Assembly (NCBI RefSeq): GCF_008065095.1
Contig: NZ_CP042911.1
Location: 900,001-932,000 of the forward strand
Reading direction: 5' to 3'
DNA from: Gemmata obscuriglobus
GTDB lineage: Bacteria; Planctomycetota; Planctomycetia; Gemmatales; Gemmataceae
DNA length: 32,000 bases
Positions 1-7,879 of this stretch are shown piece after piece; the first letter of the stretch is position 1; the number at the start of each line of letters is the position of its first letter. Below the pieces are notes generated by a model, which saw only the letters and a program-made list of their open reading frames with translations, did not search any database and was not told where the DNA came from. The translations under genes were made by a program, and so were the position numbers.

Positions 1-514
1 CGGCGGTCTTGCTGTAGATGGTGAGCCAGATCTCGAGCCACGCGTTCTCGTTGCTGTAGTGCCACCCGTGCGGGATCTTGCCCGCCAGCCCCTCGATGAA
101 CGCGGCCCGCGCGTCCGCGCGCCGGAACCCGTGCTCGCCCTGCATCTGGCACACGAGGTGGTACGTCGGCTTGCCCTTGGTTTTCGGGCGCAGCTTGTGG
201 TGCAGCTTGAAGAGGTGGTCCCAGTCCGGCTTGCGCGCGGTCCAGGTGCGGATCGTGTCGAGGTCCTCGGACTTGTAGGTCAGCGAGTCCGACCCCCAGG
301 CCATCAGGAACACGTCCTCGGTGGTGCGCAGCGACAGCACCTTGTCGGAGAGCGCGCCGACGCGGAACACCACCAGCCCGCGGGCCGTCTTCTTCACCTC
401 CCCGCCGATGTCGCGGGTGATCTCGTCGGCCGCGGTGGTCTCGATGCCGCCGTGCGTCATCGCGTACAGCGGCGGCAGGGGCTTGTCGTCGGTCGGTCGG
501 CCGGAGCGGGACAT
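1..514 (-). CDS. Putative RNA methyltransferase, THUMP-like N-terminal part only (runs off left edge of window)
   Basis: This ORF is not in the supplied track because it leaves the window. My own translation starts at the ATG on the complement of 512-514. It reads MSRSGRPTDDKPLPPLYAMTHGGIETTAADEITRDIGGEVKKTARGLVVFRVGALSDKVLSLRTTEDVFLMAWG...YHLVCQMQGEHGFRRADARAAFIEGLAGKIPHGWHYSNENAWLEIWLTIYSKTA, with no stop down to position 1. The pattern resembles the ferredoxin-like/THUMP N-termini of class I SAM-dependent RNA methyltransferases. The catalytic domain is outside the window. Confidence 0.45.
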   Translation of the reverse strand, partial: MSRSGRPTDDKPLPPLYAMTHGGIETTAADEITRDIGGEVKKTARGLVVFRVGALSDKVLSLRTTEDVFLMAWGSDSLTYKSEDLDTIRTWTARKPDWDHLFKLHHKLRPKTKGKPTYHLVCQMQGEHGFRRADARAAFIEGLAGKIPHGWHYSNENAWLEIWLTIYSKTA

Positions 515-568
515 CTCAGCACTCTCGCGCGGGAGCAAACAGACATGATAGCAGGTTCCCGCGCGACT

Positions 569-1222
569 CTACCGCCGGAAGTGCGCCCGCCCCTCCTCCG
601 AGCCGAGCATCAGCAGCCCCCACAGGCCCGCGACGGCGCCCGGGACGCAGCACAGGTGCGCGACGTTCAGCGTCGCGACCACGCACGCCAGTTGCGCGAG
701 CCGGTAGTTCCGCCGGAACACGATCGCAAGCCCGCCCGCGAGCACGGTCGCGCTGGCGGCGAGGGCGGTCGGCAGGATCCACCGGAAGTGCCCGAGCAAC
801 TGCTCGGTCGCCTCCGCCTCTCGCGCGGCCTTCTCCTCGGGCGTGCCGCCGGGGGCGGCCTCGAGCCCCATCTTGCGCACCGCTTCGGTCTGTTTCGCGG
901 CCCACTGCCGGCCCGCGGCGGGGTCGCCGAACACCAGGAACAGCAGGTAACCGTTCACCACCGCCCCGACGACGCCGCACACCAGCAGCCCGAACGCCGG
1001 GAGCATCAGCATGAGGTCCGGCCGGGGCGCCGGCGCCGGCCCCGGCGCCGGCCCCGGCCGCGACAGCAGCTCGGCCCCCGTGAGCGTCCCGTTCTCGCGG
1101 ATCGGCGCGCGGAACTGCGCCCGGCACTCGGGGCACTGCACCTGCGTGCCGAGCCAGTCCAGCGGCACCCGCACCAGGTGCTTGCACGCCGGGCACGCGA
1201 TCACTTCAGTTTCGGGGTTCAT
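569..1222 (-). CDS. Zinc-ribbon membrane protein of unknown function
   Basis: The track ORF is 569..1255, but its first codon is TTG. An in-frame ATG at 1220-1222 gives MNPETEVIACPACKHLVRVPLDWLGTQVQCPECRAQF, a CxxC...CxxC ribbon. This is followed by a GPAPGPAPAP linker and several hydrophobic helices (LMLMLPAFGLLVCGVVGAVV, ILPTALAASATVLAGGLAIVF, VPGAVAGLWGLLMLG). Confidence 0.6.
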   Translation of the reverse strand: MNPETEVIACPACKHLVRVPLDWLGTQVQCPECRAQFRAPIRENGTLTGAELLSRPGPAPGPAPAPRPDLMLMLPAFGLLVCGVVGAVVNGYLLFLVFGDPAAGRQWAAKQTEAVRKMGLEAAPGGTPEEKAAREAEATEQLLGHFRWILPTALAASATVLAGGLAIVFRRNYRLAQLACVVATLNVAHLCCVPGAVAGLWGLLMLGSEEGRAHFRR

Positions 1223-1359
1223 AGCGGGAGCGCACGACAGAGGGCAGGGGCTCAAGGGCAGAGATCAAACAACAGAGGGCGGAAGGGAAAGCAAGGGGGC
1301 GTCCCTCGCTTCTCCTCCCGCCCCCCGCCTTTTGATGGTTGCCCTCCGCGCTCCGGGGC

Positions 1360-1941
1360 TCAGCCCTCGCTGCCCATGATCGCGGTGGTCTTCACCGAGA
1401 TGGTGGACGGCATGAGCAGCAGCGTCGGGAGGATCGGGCGGTAGGTGCCGTCGATGGTGACCGCGATCTTCTCCGTGAACCCGGCGGAGTTCCACGGCAC
1501 CGCGTTCGCGTCCGCGTCGTTGAACGGGTCCGGGTACACGCCGGCGGTCTTGGTCTTCGGCCGGACCACCGGCGGGCTGAGGGCCAGCCCGGTCTGGTCC
1601 ACCGAGTACACCGCGATGCGGAAGCTCTCGATGTTCCGAACGTGGATCCCGCCCATGCGGTCCTGGGTGTACGACTCGATGTTCTGGACCGTCTGGGTGG
1701 CGCCGGTCGCGTCGGTGTACGTGTAGTCGGTGACGTTGAAGGTGCTCGGCTTGTCCACGTTGACGACCGCGTACCGCGCGCCCTCGCGGGCCGCGTTGTT
1801 GGTCACGTGCAGCACCATCAGGAACCGGCAGTACTCGAACATGCCGAACAGGAGCATCAGGAACACGCTCATCACGAGCGCCGCCTCGACCGCGGTGAGC
1901 CCGCGGCGGTGGTGGCGGCGGCGGAGTCGGGTTGCGAGCAT
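1360..1941 (-). CDS. TadE-like minor pseudopilin (Flp/Tad pilus family)
   Basis: ATG start. The N-terminus MLATRLRRRHHRRG/LTAVEAALVMSVFLMLLFGMFEY has a basic leader, a Gly, a Glu at +5 and a hydrophobic helix. That is the TadE N-terminal/prepilin-peptidase-type signature. It is followed by the NNAAREGARY motif common in TadE/TadG-like proteins. Confidence 0.8.
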   Translation of the reverse strand: MLATRLRRRHHRRGLTAVEAALVMSVFLMLLFGMFEYCRFLMVLHVTNNAAREGARYAVVNVDKPSTFNVTDYTYTDATGATQTVQNIESYTQDRMGGIHVRNIESFRIAVYSVDQTGLALSPPVVRPKTKTAGVYPDPFNDADANAVPWNSAGFTEKIAVTIDGTYRPILPTLLLMPSTISVKTTAIMGSEG

Positions 1942-2037
1942 AGGTGTCCGCGCCGGGGGTTGGAGTCGGTAGAGGGGGAGCCGCGGCGCGTTCGCGGGCG
2001 CGGCTCCTCAACGTGTGGTCTCGGCCTTCCGCCCAAG

Positions 2038-2616
2038 CTACCAGGTGGGCAGGGTGCCGTTCACCTGGAACCGGTCGTCGGTGAGCATCTGCCAGGTGAC
2101 CGTGAACGACACGGTGGAGGGGCTGATGAGGCCCTTATTGATCCACCGCACCTTGCTCCACGGGATGGTGATTTTGAGCGTGAAGATCATCCCCTTCTCG
2201 CCGTAGCACGGCTCCGGCGGGTAGCTGCCGAACGGGTAGTTGGTCCCGGTCGGGTCCGTCGAGAGGGGCACGTAGTCGGTCGTCCGGGGGGTCGAGAACG
2301 CGAACTCGACCGTCACGTCGCTCAGTTGCAGGTTCGTCAGCCCGGCCGCGTACAGGTACTGGTACACCGAGGCCTGAACGTTCACCGTGCCGGTGCTCAG
2401 CCGGATCTGCGTCGGCGCGCCCGAGCTGTTGATCGTGTACGCCTGGGCCGACAGCCGCGCGCCCTCGCGGGTGGCGTTGCTGACGAGCTGCTGCACCTGC
2501 ACCAGCCGGCCCAGCTCCCAGATCCCGAACATGAGCGGGATCACGAACAGCATGAACACGAACGCCAGCTCAATCGCCGCGACGCCGCGACGGGCCGGCC
2601 GCGGGGAGCGGCGCAT
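2038..2616 (-). CDS. TadE-like minor pseudopilin (second copy)
   Basis: ATG start. The N-terminus MRRSPRPARRG/VAAIELAFVFMLFVIPLMFGIWELGRL has Glu at +5 after the Gly and is followed by SNATREGARL. It is a paralogue of the adjacent gene and lies on the same strand. Confidence 0.8.
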   Translation of the reverse strand: MRRSPRPARRGVAAIELAFVFMLFVIPLMFGIWELGRLVQVQQLVSNATREGARLSAQAYTINSSGAPTQIRLSTGTVNVQASVYQYLYAAGLTNLQLSDVTVEFAFSTPRTTDYVPLSTDPTGTNYPFGSYPPEPCYGEKGMIFTLKITIPWSKVRWINKGLISPSTVSFTVTWQMLTDDRFQVNGTLPTW

Positions 2617-2775
2617 CGGATCACCCTGGTACGGGCGGAACGGGTCGGCGTGGGGCCGACGGGAACCGCTCTACAGTAGAACACGCCCCCGCCCGTGCAA
2701 CCCGCGGGCGCGGAATTATTGGCCCCGGCGAATCGTGTTCTATCCTGCATTAATCCCCAACCGCCCGGGCACCCG

Positions 2776-4143
2776 ATGCCACGCCCACAAACAGTCCATG
2801 AGCTGTTCGCGGCGCTCGCCCGCTCCCGCCTCGTCGAGCCGGCGCGGCTGGAGGCGTTCACGTCCCGGCACGCGTTCGCCGACGCCCCGGCCGCGCTCGC
2901 CCGCCTCGTCGCCGACGGGCTGCTCACGGCGTTTCAGGCCGGCGCGGTGGCGGGCGGGGACGAGGGGGCGCTGTGGCTGGGGAACTACCGCGTGCTCGAC
3001 CGGCTCGGGCGCGGCGGCATGGGGAACGTGTTTCTCGCCGAACATTCGGTGCTGGGCAAGCGGGTCGCGGTGAAGGTGCTGTCCGACGCGCTCCGCTCGG
3101 ACCCCGGGGCGCGCAAGCGGTTCATGCGCGAGGCCCGCGCCGCCGCCGCCCTGGCCCACCCGAACGTCGTGACGGTCCTCGACGCGGACATGGCCCACGA
3201 CCCGCCGTTCCTGGTGATGGAGCACGTCGACGGGCTCAGCCTGCAGGAGGCCGTCGCGCGGGGCGGCACGTTCGGAGCCGGCGAGGCGGCGGTGGTGGGC
3301 CTGCAGGTCGCCAAAGGGCTGGCCCGGGCCGCGGCGGTCGGGCTGGTTCACCGCGACATCAAGCCGGCCAACCTGCTCCTCGACCGCACCGGGGTGGTCA
3401 AGATCCTCGACCTCGGGATCGCGAAGTTCGCTCCGGACGGCACGCACCCGCCGACGGACTGGTCGGACGTGGTGCTGGGGACGCTGGACTACCTCGCCCC
3501 GGAGCAGGCGCTCGACAGCTCCGACGTCGACGCCCGCGCGGACCTCTACGCGCTCGGCGCCACCCTCTATTTCCTCCTGACGGGGCACCCGCCGTTCCCG
3601 GGCACCGACATCCAGTGGAAATGGCAGGTGAAGCAGACCGGCGACCCGCACCCGCTGCACCAGTTGCGCCCGGACCTGCCGCCCGAACTGGCGGCGGCGG
3701 TCCACAAGCTCCTGGCCCGCGACCGCCGCGCCCGGCTCCAGACGCCCGCCGAGGCCGTCGAGGTGTTCCGGTGGTGGGCGGCGCCGGGGAACGACTTCCC
3801 GCAGCGGCTGTTCCGGCTCGGGCCGCGCAGCACCGCGCACGACCACGGCCCGCCGACCGGCGGCGATCCGCTTCCCGACACGCTCCGCATCGTGAGGCCC
3901 GGCGGGCGCGACCGCACCAAGCCCGCGCTCCCGCTGCCCGCGCCGGAGCCGCCCCGCGGTCCCGATAACGGGGTTCCGGCTCACGGCCGCGTTGCTGAAG
4001 TCGTGGTGCCCGCCGCCGAGAAGCCGCGGCCCCGTCCCGATAACGGTGCTCCGGCCCCAGAACGACGGACGCACGCCGTTGTGCTAACGATTGCGCTGAT
4101 TGCCGCGCTCGTTGGCATGGCGGTGCTCGTCGCCAGCCGCTGA
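2776..4143 (+). CDS. Ser/Thr protein kinase, C-terminally membrane anchored
   Basis: Hanks kinase motifs are present: LGRGGMGNVFLA (Gly loop), VAVKVL (Lys), HRDIKPANLLL (catalytic loop), DLGIA (DFG-like) and LDYLAPEQ (APE). I prefer the ATG at 2776 (MPRPQTVHELF) over the track start at 2695, by analogy with the paralogue. The protein ends in a hydrophobic helix, AVVLTIALIAALVGMAVLVASR. Confidence 0.9.
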   Translation: MPRPQTVHELFAALARSRLVEPARLEAFTSRHAFADAPAALARLVADGLLTAFQAGAVAGGDEGALWLGNYRVLDRLGRGGMGNVFLAEHSVLGKRVAVKVLSDALRSDPGARKRFMREARAAAALAHPNVVTVLDADMAHDPPFLVMEHVDGLSLQEAVARGGTFGAGEAAVVGLQVAKGLARAAAVGLVHRDIKPANLLLDRTGVVKILDLGIAKFAPDGTHPPTDWSDVVLGTLDYLAPEQALDSSDVDARADLYALGATLYFLLTGHPPFPGTDIQWKWQVKQTGDPHPLHQLRPDLPPELAAAVHKLLARDRRARLQTPAEAVEVFRWWAAPGNDFPQRLFRLGPRSTAHDHGPPTGGDPLPDTLRIVRPGGRDRTKPALPLPAPEPPRGPDNGVPAHGRVAEVVVPAAEKPRPRPDNGAPAPERRTHAVVLTIALIAALVGMAVLVASR

Positions 4144-4203
4144 GCTGGTCGGCGGACCTGTGTTATGCTAGAAGCGCCCACCACTCTGGCCCTTCGGGTC
4201 CGT

Positions 4204-5649
4204 ATGCCCGCGCCGACCAGCGTCACCGAACTGCTCGACCGGCTCCGCAAAAGCGGCCTCGTGCCGGCGGACCGGCTGGAAGGGTTTCTCGCGAGCCAGA
4301 AGCCCGGTGACGCCCAATCCACCGCCGTGCTACTGGACCGACTGGTGGCCGCCGGCCTCCTCACGCGGTTCCACGCCGACAAACTGGCCGCGGGCAAGTA
4401 CAAGGGGTTTCACCTCGGCAGCTACTTGATTTTGGACCAGCTCGGCGCCGGCGGGATGGGCCAGGTGTACCTGGCCGAGCACGGGCACATGCGCCGCCTC
4501 GTCGCGCTCAAGGTGTTCCCGGTCCACGCCACCGACGACGTGGTCGCCCGCGAGCGGTTCTTCCGCGAGGCCCGCGCCGCCGGCACCCTCGACCACCCGA
4601 ACATCGTCCGCGTCTTCGACCTGTGCCAGGAGGGCAAGATCCTGTACCTGGTGATGGAGTACGTCGAGGGGCTCAGCCTCCAGTCGCTCGTCACCCAGAC
4701 GGGGCCGCTGGACGTGGCGACCGCGTGCCACTACGCCCGCCAGGTGGCGTTCGGGCTCCAGCACGCCCACGAACTCGGCTTCGTGCACCGCGACATCAAG
4801 CCGGGCAACCTGCTCCTCGATCGCACCGGGATGGTGAAGATCCTCGACCTCGGGCTGGTCCGGTCGGAGGCCGACAAGGCGTCGATGCTCACCAAGCAGC
4901 TCGACAACAAGAGCATCCTGGGCACCGCCGACTACGTCGCCCCGGAGCAGGCGGTGGACAGCTCGAAGGTGGACGCACGGGCCGACATCTACTCGCTGGG
5001 CGCGACGCTGTACTTCCTGCTCGCGGGGCGGCCGCTGTTCCCCGAGGGGCGGGTGGCCCAAAAGTTGGTGTGGCAGCAAGTCAAAGACCCGGTCCCGATC
5101 GGCCGGTTGCGGCCCGAGGTGCCGAAGGAACTGGCCGAGGTGGTTCACCGGATGCTCGAGAAGCGCGCGGTCGATCGGTTCCCGACCGCGTCCGGGGTGT
5201 TCGAGGCGCTGGCGCCGTTCGACCACGGGGAGGTGGCCCCGCCGGACCCGCGGTGGATGCCGGACCCGCCGCCGCGGATCGCGATGAGCCGGTCCGCGCC
5301 ACCGGTGGCCGTGGTGCGCGGCACTTCGGGCGCGCGGGCACAGATCCCCGGCCCCGCGCGTCGGCCCGGAGGCCCGGGATCGTCGGCCGCGCTGCCCGCG
5401 GAGCGGGAGCCGGTCCGGACCGACTCGACCAAGATCAAGGTTTCGGAACACAGTTCGGGCGCCCCCCGGGGCACTTACCCCGAGCCGGCCGCTTTCGCCA
5501 ACGACGGCGACACATCGCCGCGGCTCACGGACTCTCGCCTGCCGATCGCGCACCCGCCGGCAGCCGGCCCGACGGCGCTGCTGATTACCCTCTCCGTCGC
5601 ACTGGTGCTGGCGCTGCTCGGTATCGTGATCTTGCTGCTGCGAAAGTGA
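4204..5649 (+). CDS. Ser/Thr protein kinase, C-terminally membrane anchored (tandem paralogue)
   Basis: Kinase motifs are LGAGGMGQVYLA, VALKVF, HRDIKPGNLLL, DLGLV and ADYVAPEQ. The ATG at 4204 (MPAPTSVTELLDRL) is preferred over the track start at 4165. The protein ends in the TM helix ALLITLSVALVLALLGIVILLLRK. Confidence 0.9.
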   Translation: MPAPTSVTELLDRLRKSGLVPADRLEGFLASQKPGDAQSTAVLLDRLVAAGLLTRFHADKLAAGKYKGFHLGSYLILDQLGAGGMGQVYLAEHGHMRRLVALKVFPVHATDDVVARERFFREARAAGTLDHPNIVRVFDLCQEGKILYLVMEYVEGLSLQSLVTQTGPLDVATACHYARQVAFGLQHAHELGFVHRDIKPGNLLLDRTGMVKILDLGLVRSEADKASMLTKQLDNKSILGTADYVAPEQAVDSSKVDARADIYSLGATLYFLLAGRPLFPEGRVAQKLVWQQVKDPVPIGRLRPEVPKELAEVVHRMLEKRAVDRFPTASGVFEALAPFDHGEVAPPDPRWMPDPPPRIAMSRSAPPVAVVRGTSGARAQIPGPARRPGGPGSSAALPAEREPVRTDSTKIKVSEHSSGAPRGTYPEPAAFANDGDTSPRLTDSRLPIAHPPAAGPTALLITLSVALVLALLGIVILLLRK

Positions 5650-5708
5650 TGTGGTGCAGCGTGGCCGCCGCAGAGCTTTCAGAATGGTTGAACGCGCGCA
5701 CAAAATAA

Positions 5709-5736
5709 CGCGGGGCGGGCCGAAGCCCGCCCCGCG
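5709..5736 (-). terminator. Perfect 12-bp GC hairpin with a T-rich tail only on the minus strand
   Basis: The hairpin is cgcggggcgggc-cgaa-gcccgccccgcg. On the minus strand it is followed by ttattttg. On the plus strand no T tract follows it. Confidence 0.5.
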
Positions 5737-6177
5737 TACCAAGCATACTTACGGGTCCCGTCCATCCCTTCGGTAGCCTGGCAGCCTAAACCGCTCCCCC
5801 CTCGGAACGGTAAAAGCCCAACGTGAAGAAGCTCCCGAACCCGCACAAAAACTGAGGGCCGGGGCACCTCGTTGTTCGGCCGTTGTCGGCCGCACTTCGG
5901 GGCACACCAACTTCATAGACCATTGCCGCTTTCGGTGCAAACGGCTGAAGGTAAAAAATACAAAATGTCAGTACTGGACGGCGCTCGCGAGTGACAGAAC
6001 CGCTACCACTCGAACGCGACCTTCGCGCTCGGCCGGAACAATTGCTACGACGCGAACGCCGAGTGACCGCGATCGAGCATCGCAAGAGGTGAGGCCTCGG
6101 CTGCGAGGAGCGTCAAGAATTCAGTAACGGCTCAACACTGGCAGAGATGAACCGCACGTTGACACGGCGGAGCAGGT

Positions 6178-6217
6178 CTAAAAACAGCGACACCGCAGTT
6201 AGGTGACTGCGGTGTCG
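6178..6217 (-). terminator. Intrinsic terminator downstream of the DUF2203-like gene
   Basis: A perfect 12-bp stem pairs cgacaccgcagt (6188-6199) with actgcggtgtcg (6206-6217), with a 6-nt loop. On the minus strand it is followed by tgttttta. It lies about 27 nt after the stop at 6244. Confidence 0.65.
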
Positions 6218-6243
6218 GAGCACATCGTTATGCGGGCACGGGG

Positions 6244-6741
6244 TTACGGCTGGTTGCCGCGGTACCGGGTCGCGTTGACGGTATTGGACTTATCCCAGTC
6301 GGCCGGGATCGGGCGCCGGGACTCTTCGTCTGCGTAGTGCCAGTGGTTCAGCGCCTCTTCGTTCGCCAGCCACGAGAACGCTGCGGTGCGGCCGTTCACT
6401 TTTGTGGGGAAGTCCACTTCTCCCACCTCATCGTCCACAAGCGTAAGGCCGAGCGTGTTCAATTCGGCCACCGCCGTGGCCCAACTCTTCTCGGCGGCTG
6501 CGATTTCGTCGGCCACTTGGTAGCGGCGCTGGCGCTCTTGCCACACGAGGTCGCGGCGGTGCCGTTCCAGCCGCTCCTGCTCCGGCACCAACCGGCTCAG
6601 CGCCTGCCGGGCCGTCTGAACATCAGCCACGATGCTCCGCACCAGCGGCAGCATTTGGCGCGCGGTCGCGAGGTCCAGGGTGACCTCTTTCTTGCGAGGC
6701 TTGCCCGCCGAGTTGCTCGCGCGGTTGGGCGTGTTGCTCAT
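6244..6741 (-). CDS. DUF2203-like protein
   Basis: An internal ATG at 6739-6741 gives MSNTPNRASNSAGKPRKKEVTLDLATARQMLPLVRSIVADVQTARQAL.... The coiled-coil-like middle and the C-terminal NGRTAAFSWLANEEALNHWHY match my memory of the DUF2203 family. The upstream part of the track ORF (to 6945) looks non-coding. Confidence 0.55.
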   Translation of the reverse strand: MSNTPNRASNSAGKPRKKEVTLDLATARQMLPLVRSIVADVQTARQALSRLVPEQERLERHRRDLVWQERQRRYQVADEIAAAEKSWATAVAELNTLGLTLVDDEVGEVDFPTKVNGRTAAFSWLANEEALNHWHYADEESRRPIPADWDKSNTVNATRYRGNQP

Positions 6742-7190
6742 TTGGTGGCTCCCGGAGTGTGAGGGGCACGGCGGTCGCCCCTCTGTCACCATTCTAGGAG
6801 CGCCCGCAACGGCAGAATGTCGCACGGACGCGGAATTGTGACAGAAGGTTCGGGGCCGGCCCCGTGTACTGAATTCGATGATTCCGGCCACAGATTCGGT
6901 GCGGGAAGTTCCGCTTTTGTGCTGATACCGCGCGGCGTTTCGCAAAAGAAGGTCAGTCGCGAACTTAGTTGAGTCTGAACCGACCCGAGGCGGGGGCTTT
7001 CAGCGGTTGGGTAACGGGCGCCGCCGGCGCCGCGAATCGTCCCGCCCGATGACATACAACGGCCGCCCCGATCCTTGCCCACAGGGCCGGGAAAAGTCCC
7101 TCGCCCGGAGTCGGGGCACCAGAGTTGCTAACCGTGGCGGCACCGAACGCGTGAACCGCGTCCGGCACCTCGCCCGTCACGGAGACGTTC

Positions 7191-7652
7191 ATGCTGAAAA
7201 ATACCCTGCGCGCCGCGACCGCCGCTGCTCTCCTGTCCGCCGTACCGGTTTTCGCCGCGGACCCGCCCCGCGCCGTGTCGGCCCAACCGGCGGTGGGTGC
7301 GTCCAACTCGTTCCGCGCGAAGCAGGTGCTCGGGACCAAGATCCTGATCGCCGGCAACACCGCCATCGGGACCGTCGAGGACCTCGTGTTCGACGACGCC
7401 GGCAACCTCGAATACCTGGTCGTCTCGACGGACGCTAACAAGCTGGTGAGCGTCCCCTGGGACGCGGCCAAGTGGGACCTGGAGAAGAAGGTCGGGACGC
7501 TCAACCTCACGGTCGAGCAGTACAAGACGATCCCGACGTTCACCGCGACCACGTACCCCAGCTTCTACACCCCGGTGTATCGGACTCAAACGTACAAGTT
7601 CTACGGGCTCACGCCGCGCGAGCTGCGCCGGATCGAGCGCCGCATTCCGTAG
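7191..7652 (+). CDS. Secreted PRC-barrel domain protein
   Basis: A GGAG lies 6 nt upstream of the ATG. The signal peptide is MLKNTLRAATAAALLSAVPVFAADP. The segment VLGTKILIAGNTAIGTVEDLVFDDAGNLEYLVVSTDANKLVSVPWDAAKW fits the PRC-barrel pattern. Confidence 0.7.
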   Translation: MLKNTLRAATAAALLSAVPVFAADPPRAVSAQPAVGASNSFRAKQVLGTKILIAGNTAIGTVEDLVFDDAGNLEYLVVSTDANKLVSVPWDAAKWDLEKKVGTLNLTVEQYKTIPTFTATTYPSFYTPVYRTQTYKFYGLTPRELRRIERRIP

Positions 7653-7667
7653 CGGTTTCCCGTCACA

Positions 7668-7720
7668 ACCCGGCGGGCCGGTGCGCAGGTTCGAGAACCT
7701 GTGTGCCAGGCCCGCCGGGT
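7668..7720 (+). terminator. Long stem-loop after the PRC-barrel gene
   Basis: The outer perfect 12-bp stem pairs acccggcgggcc with ggcccgccgggt. It encloses an inner palindrome, caggttc-ga-gaacctg. The structure starts 16 nt after the stop codon. Confidence 0.5.
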
Positions 7721-7793
7721 CGTTTGAATGAGCTGCCCGGGCGACTGGTGTCGGACAAATGGGCGGTTTGGAATGATTAGGGCAAATAAAGCG

Positions 7794-7822
7794 TTGACGC
7801 CGGGTATTCACGCGGTTATCAC
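7794..7822 (+). promoter_or_regulatory. Candidate sigma70-like promoter for the DUF4394/FG-GAP gene
   Basis: TTGACG (7794-7799), a 17-nt spacer, then TATCAC (7817-7822), about 58 nt upstream of the ATG at 7880. This is a pattern match only. Confidence 0.25.
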
Positions 7823-7879
7823 AAGTTCCGTTCGTACCTTAACACTCTCCGACATCTTGATTCCTGGAGTACTGACCTG

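Noticed and set aside
59-1444. 461-aa plus-strand ORF spanning the first three genes
   Set aside because: Its composition is extreme in Arg/Ala/Gly/Pro/His and it has no recognisable motif. It lies antisense to minus-strand ORFs that do have clear features: the THUMP-like N-terminus, the zinc-ribbon/TM protein and the end of the TadE-like gene. Long open antisense frames like this are typical of high-GC DNA.
2740-5742. Long minus-strand ORFs (2740-4074, 4330-5742) opposite the two kinase genes
   Set aside because: The plus-strand frames contain complete Hanks kinase motif sets. The antisense translations are R/G/P/A-rich with no motifs.
5737-6177. tmRNA, RNase P RNA, SRP RNA or tRNA in the long intergenic regions (also 15462-16129 and 27780-28765)
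   Set aside because: I looked on both strands for hallmark strings: a GGTTCGAATCC-type T-loop with matching stems, a CCACCA end, GGAAAGTCCGGGC, and GGAAGGAAGCAGC. None was found. A by-eye search is not decisive and a covariance-model scan is needed.
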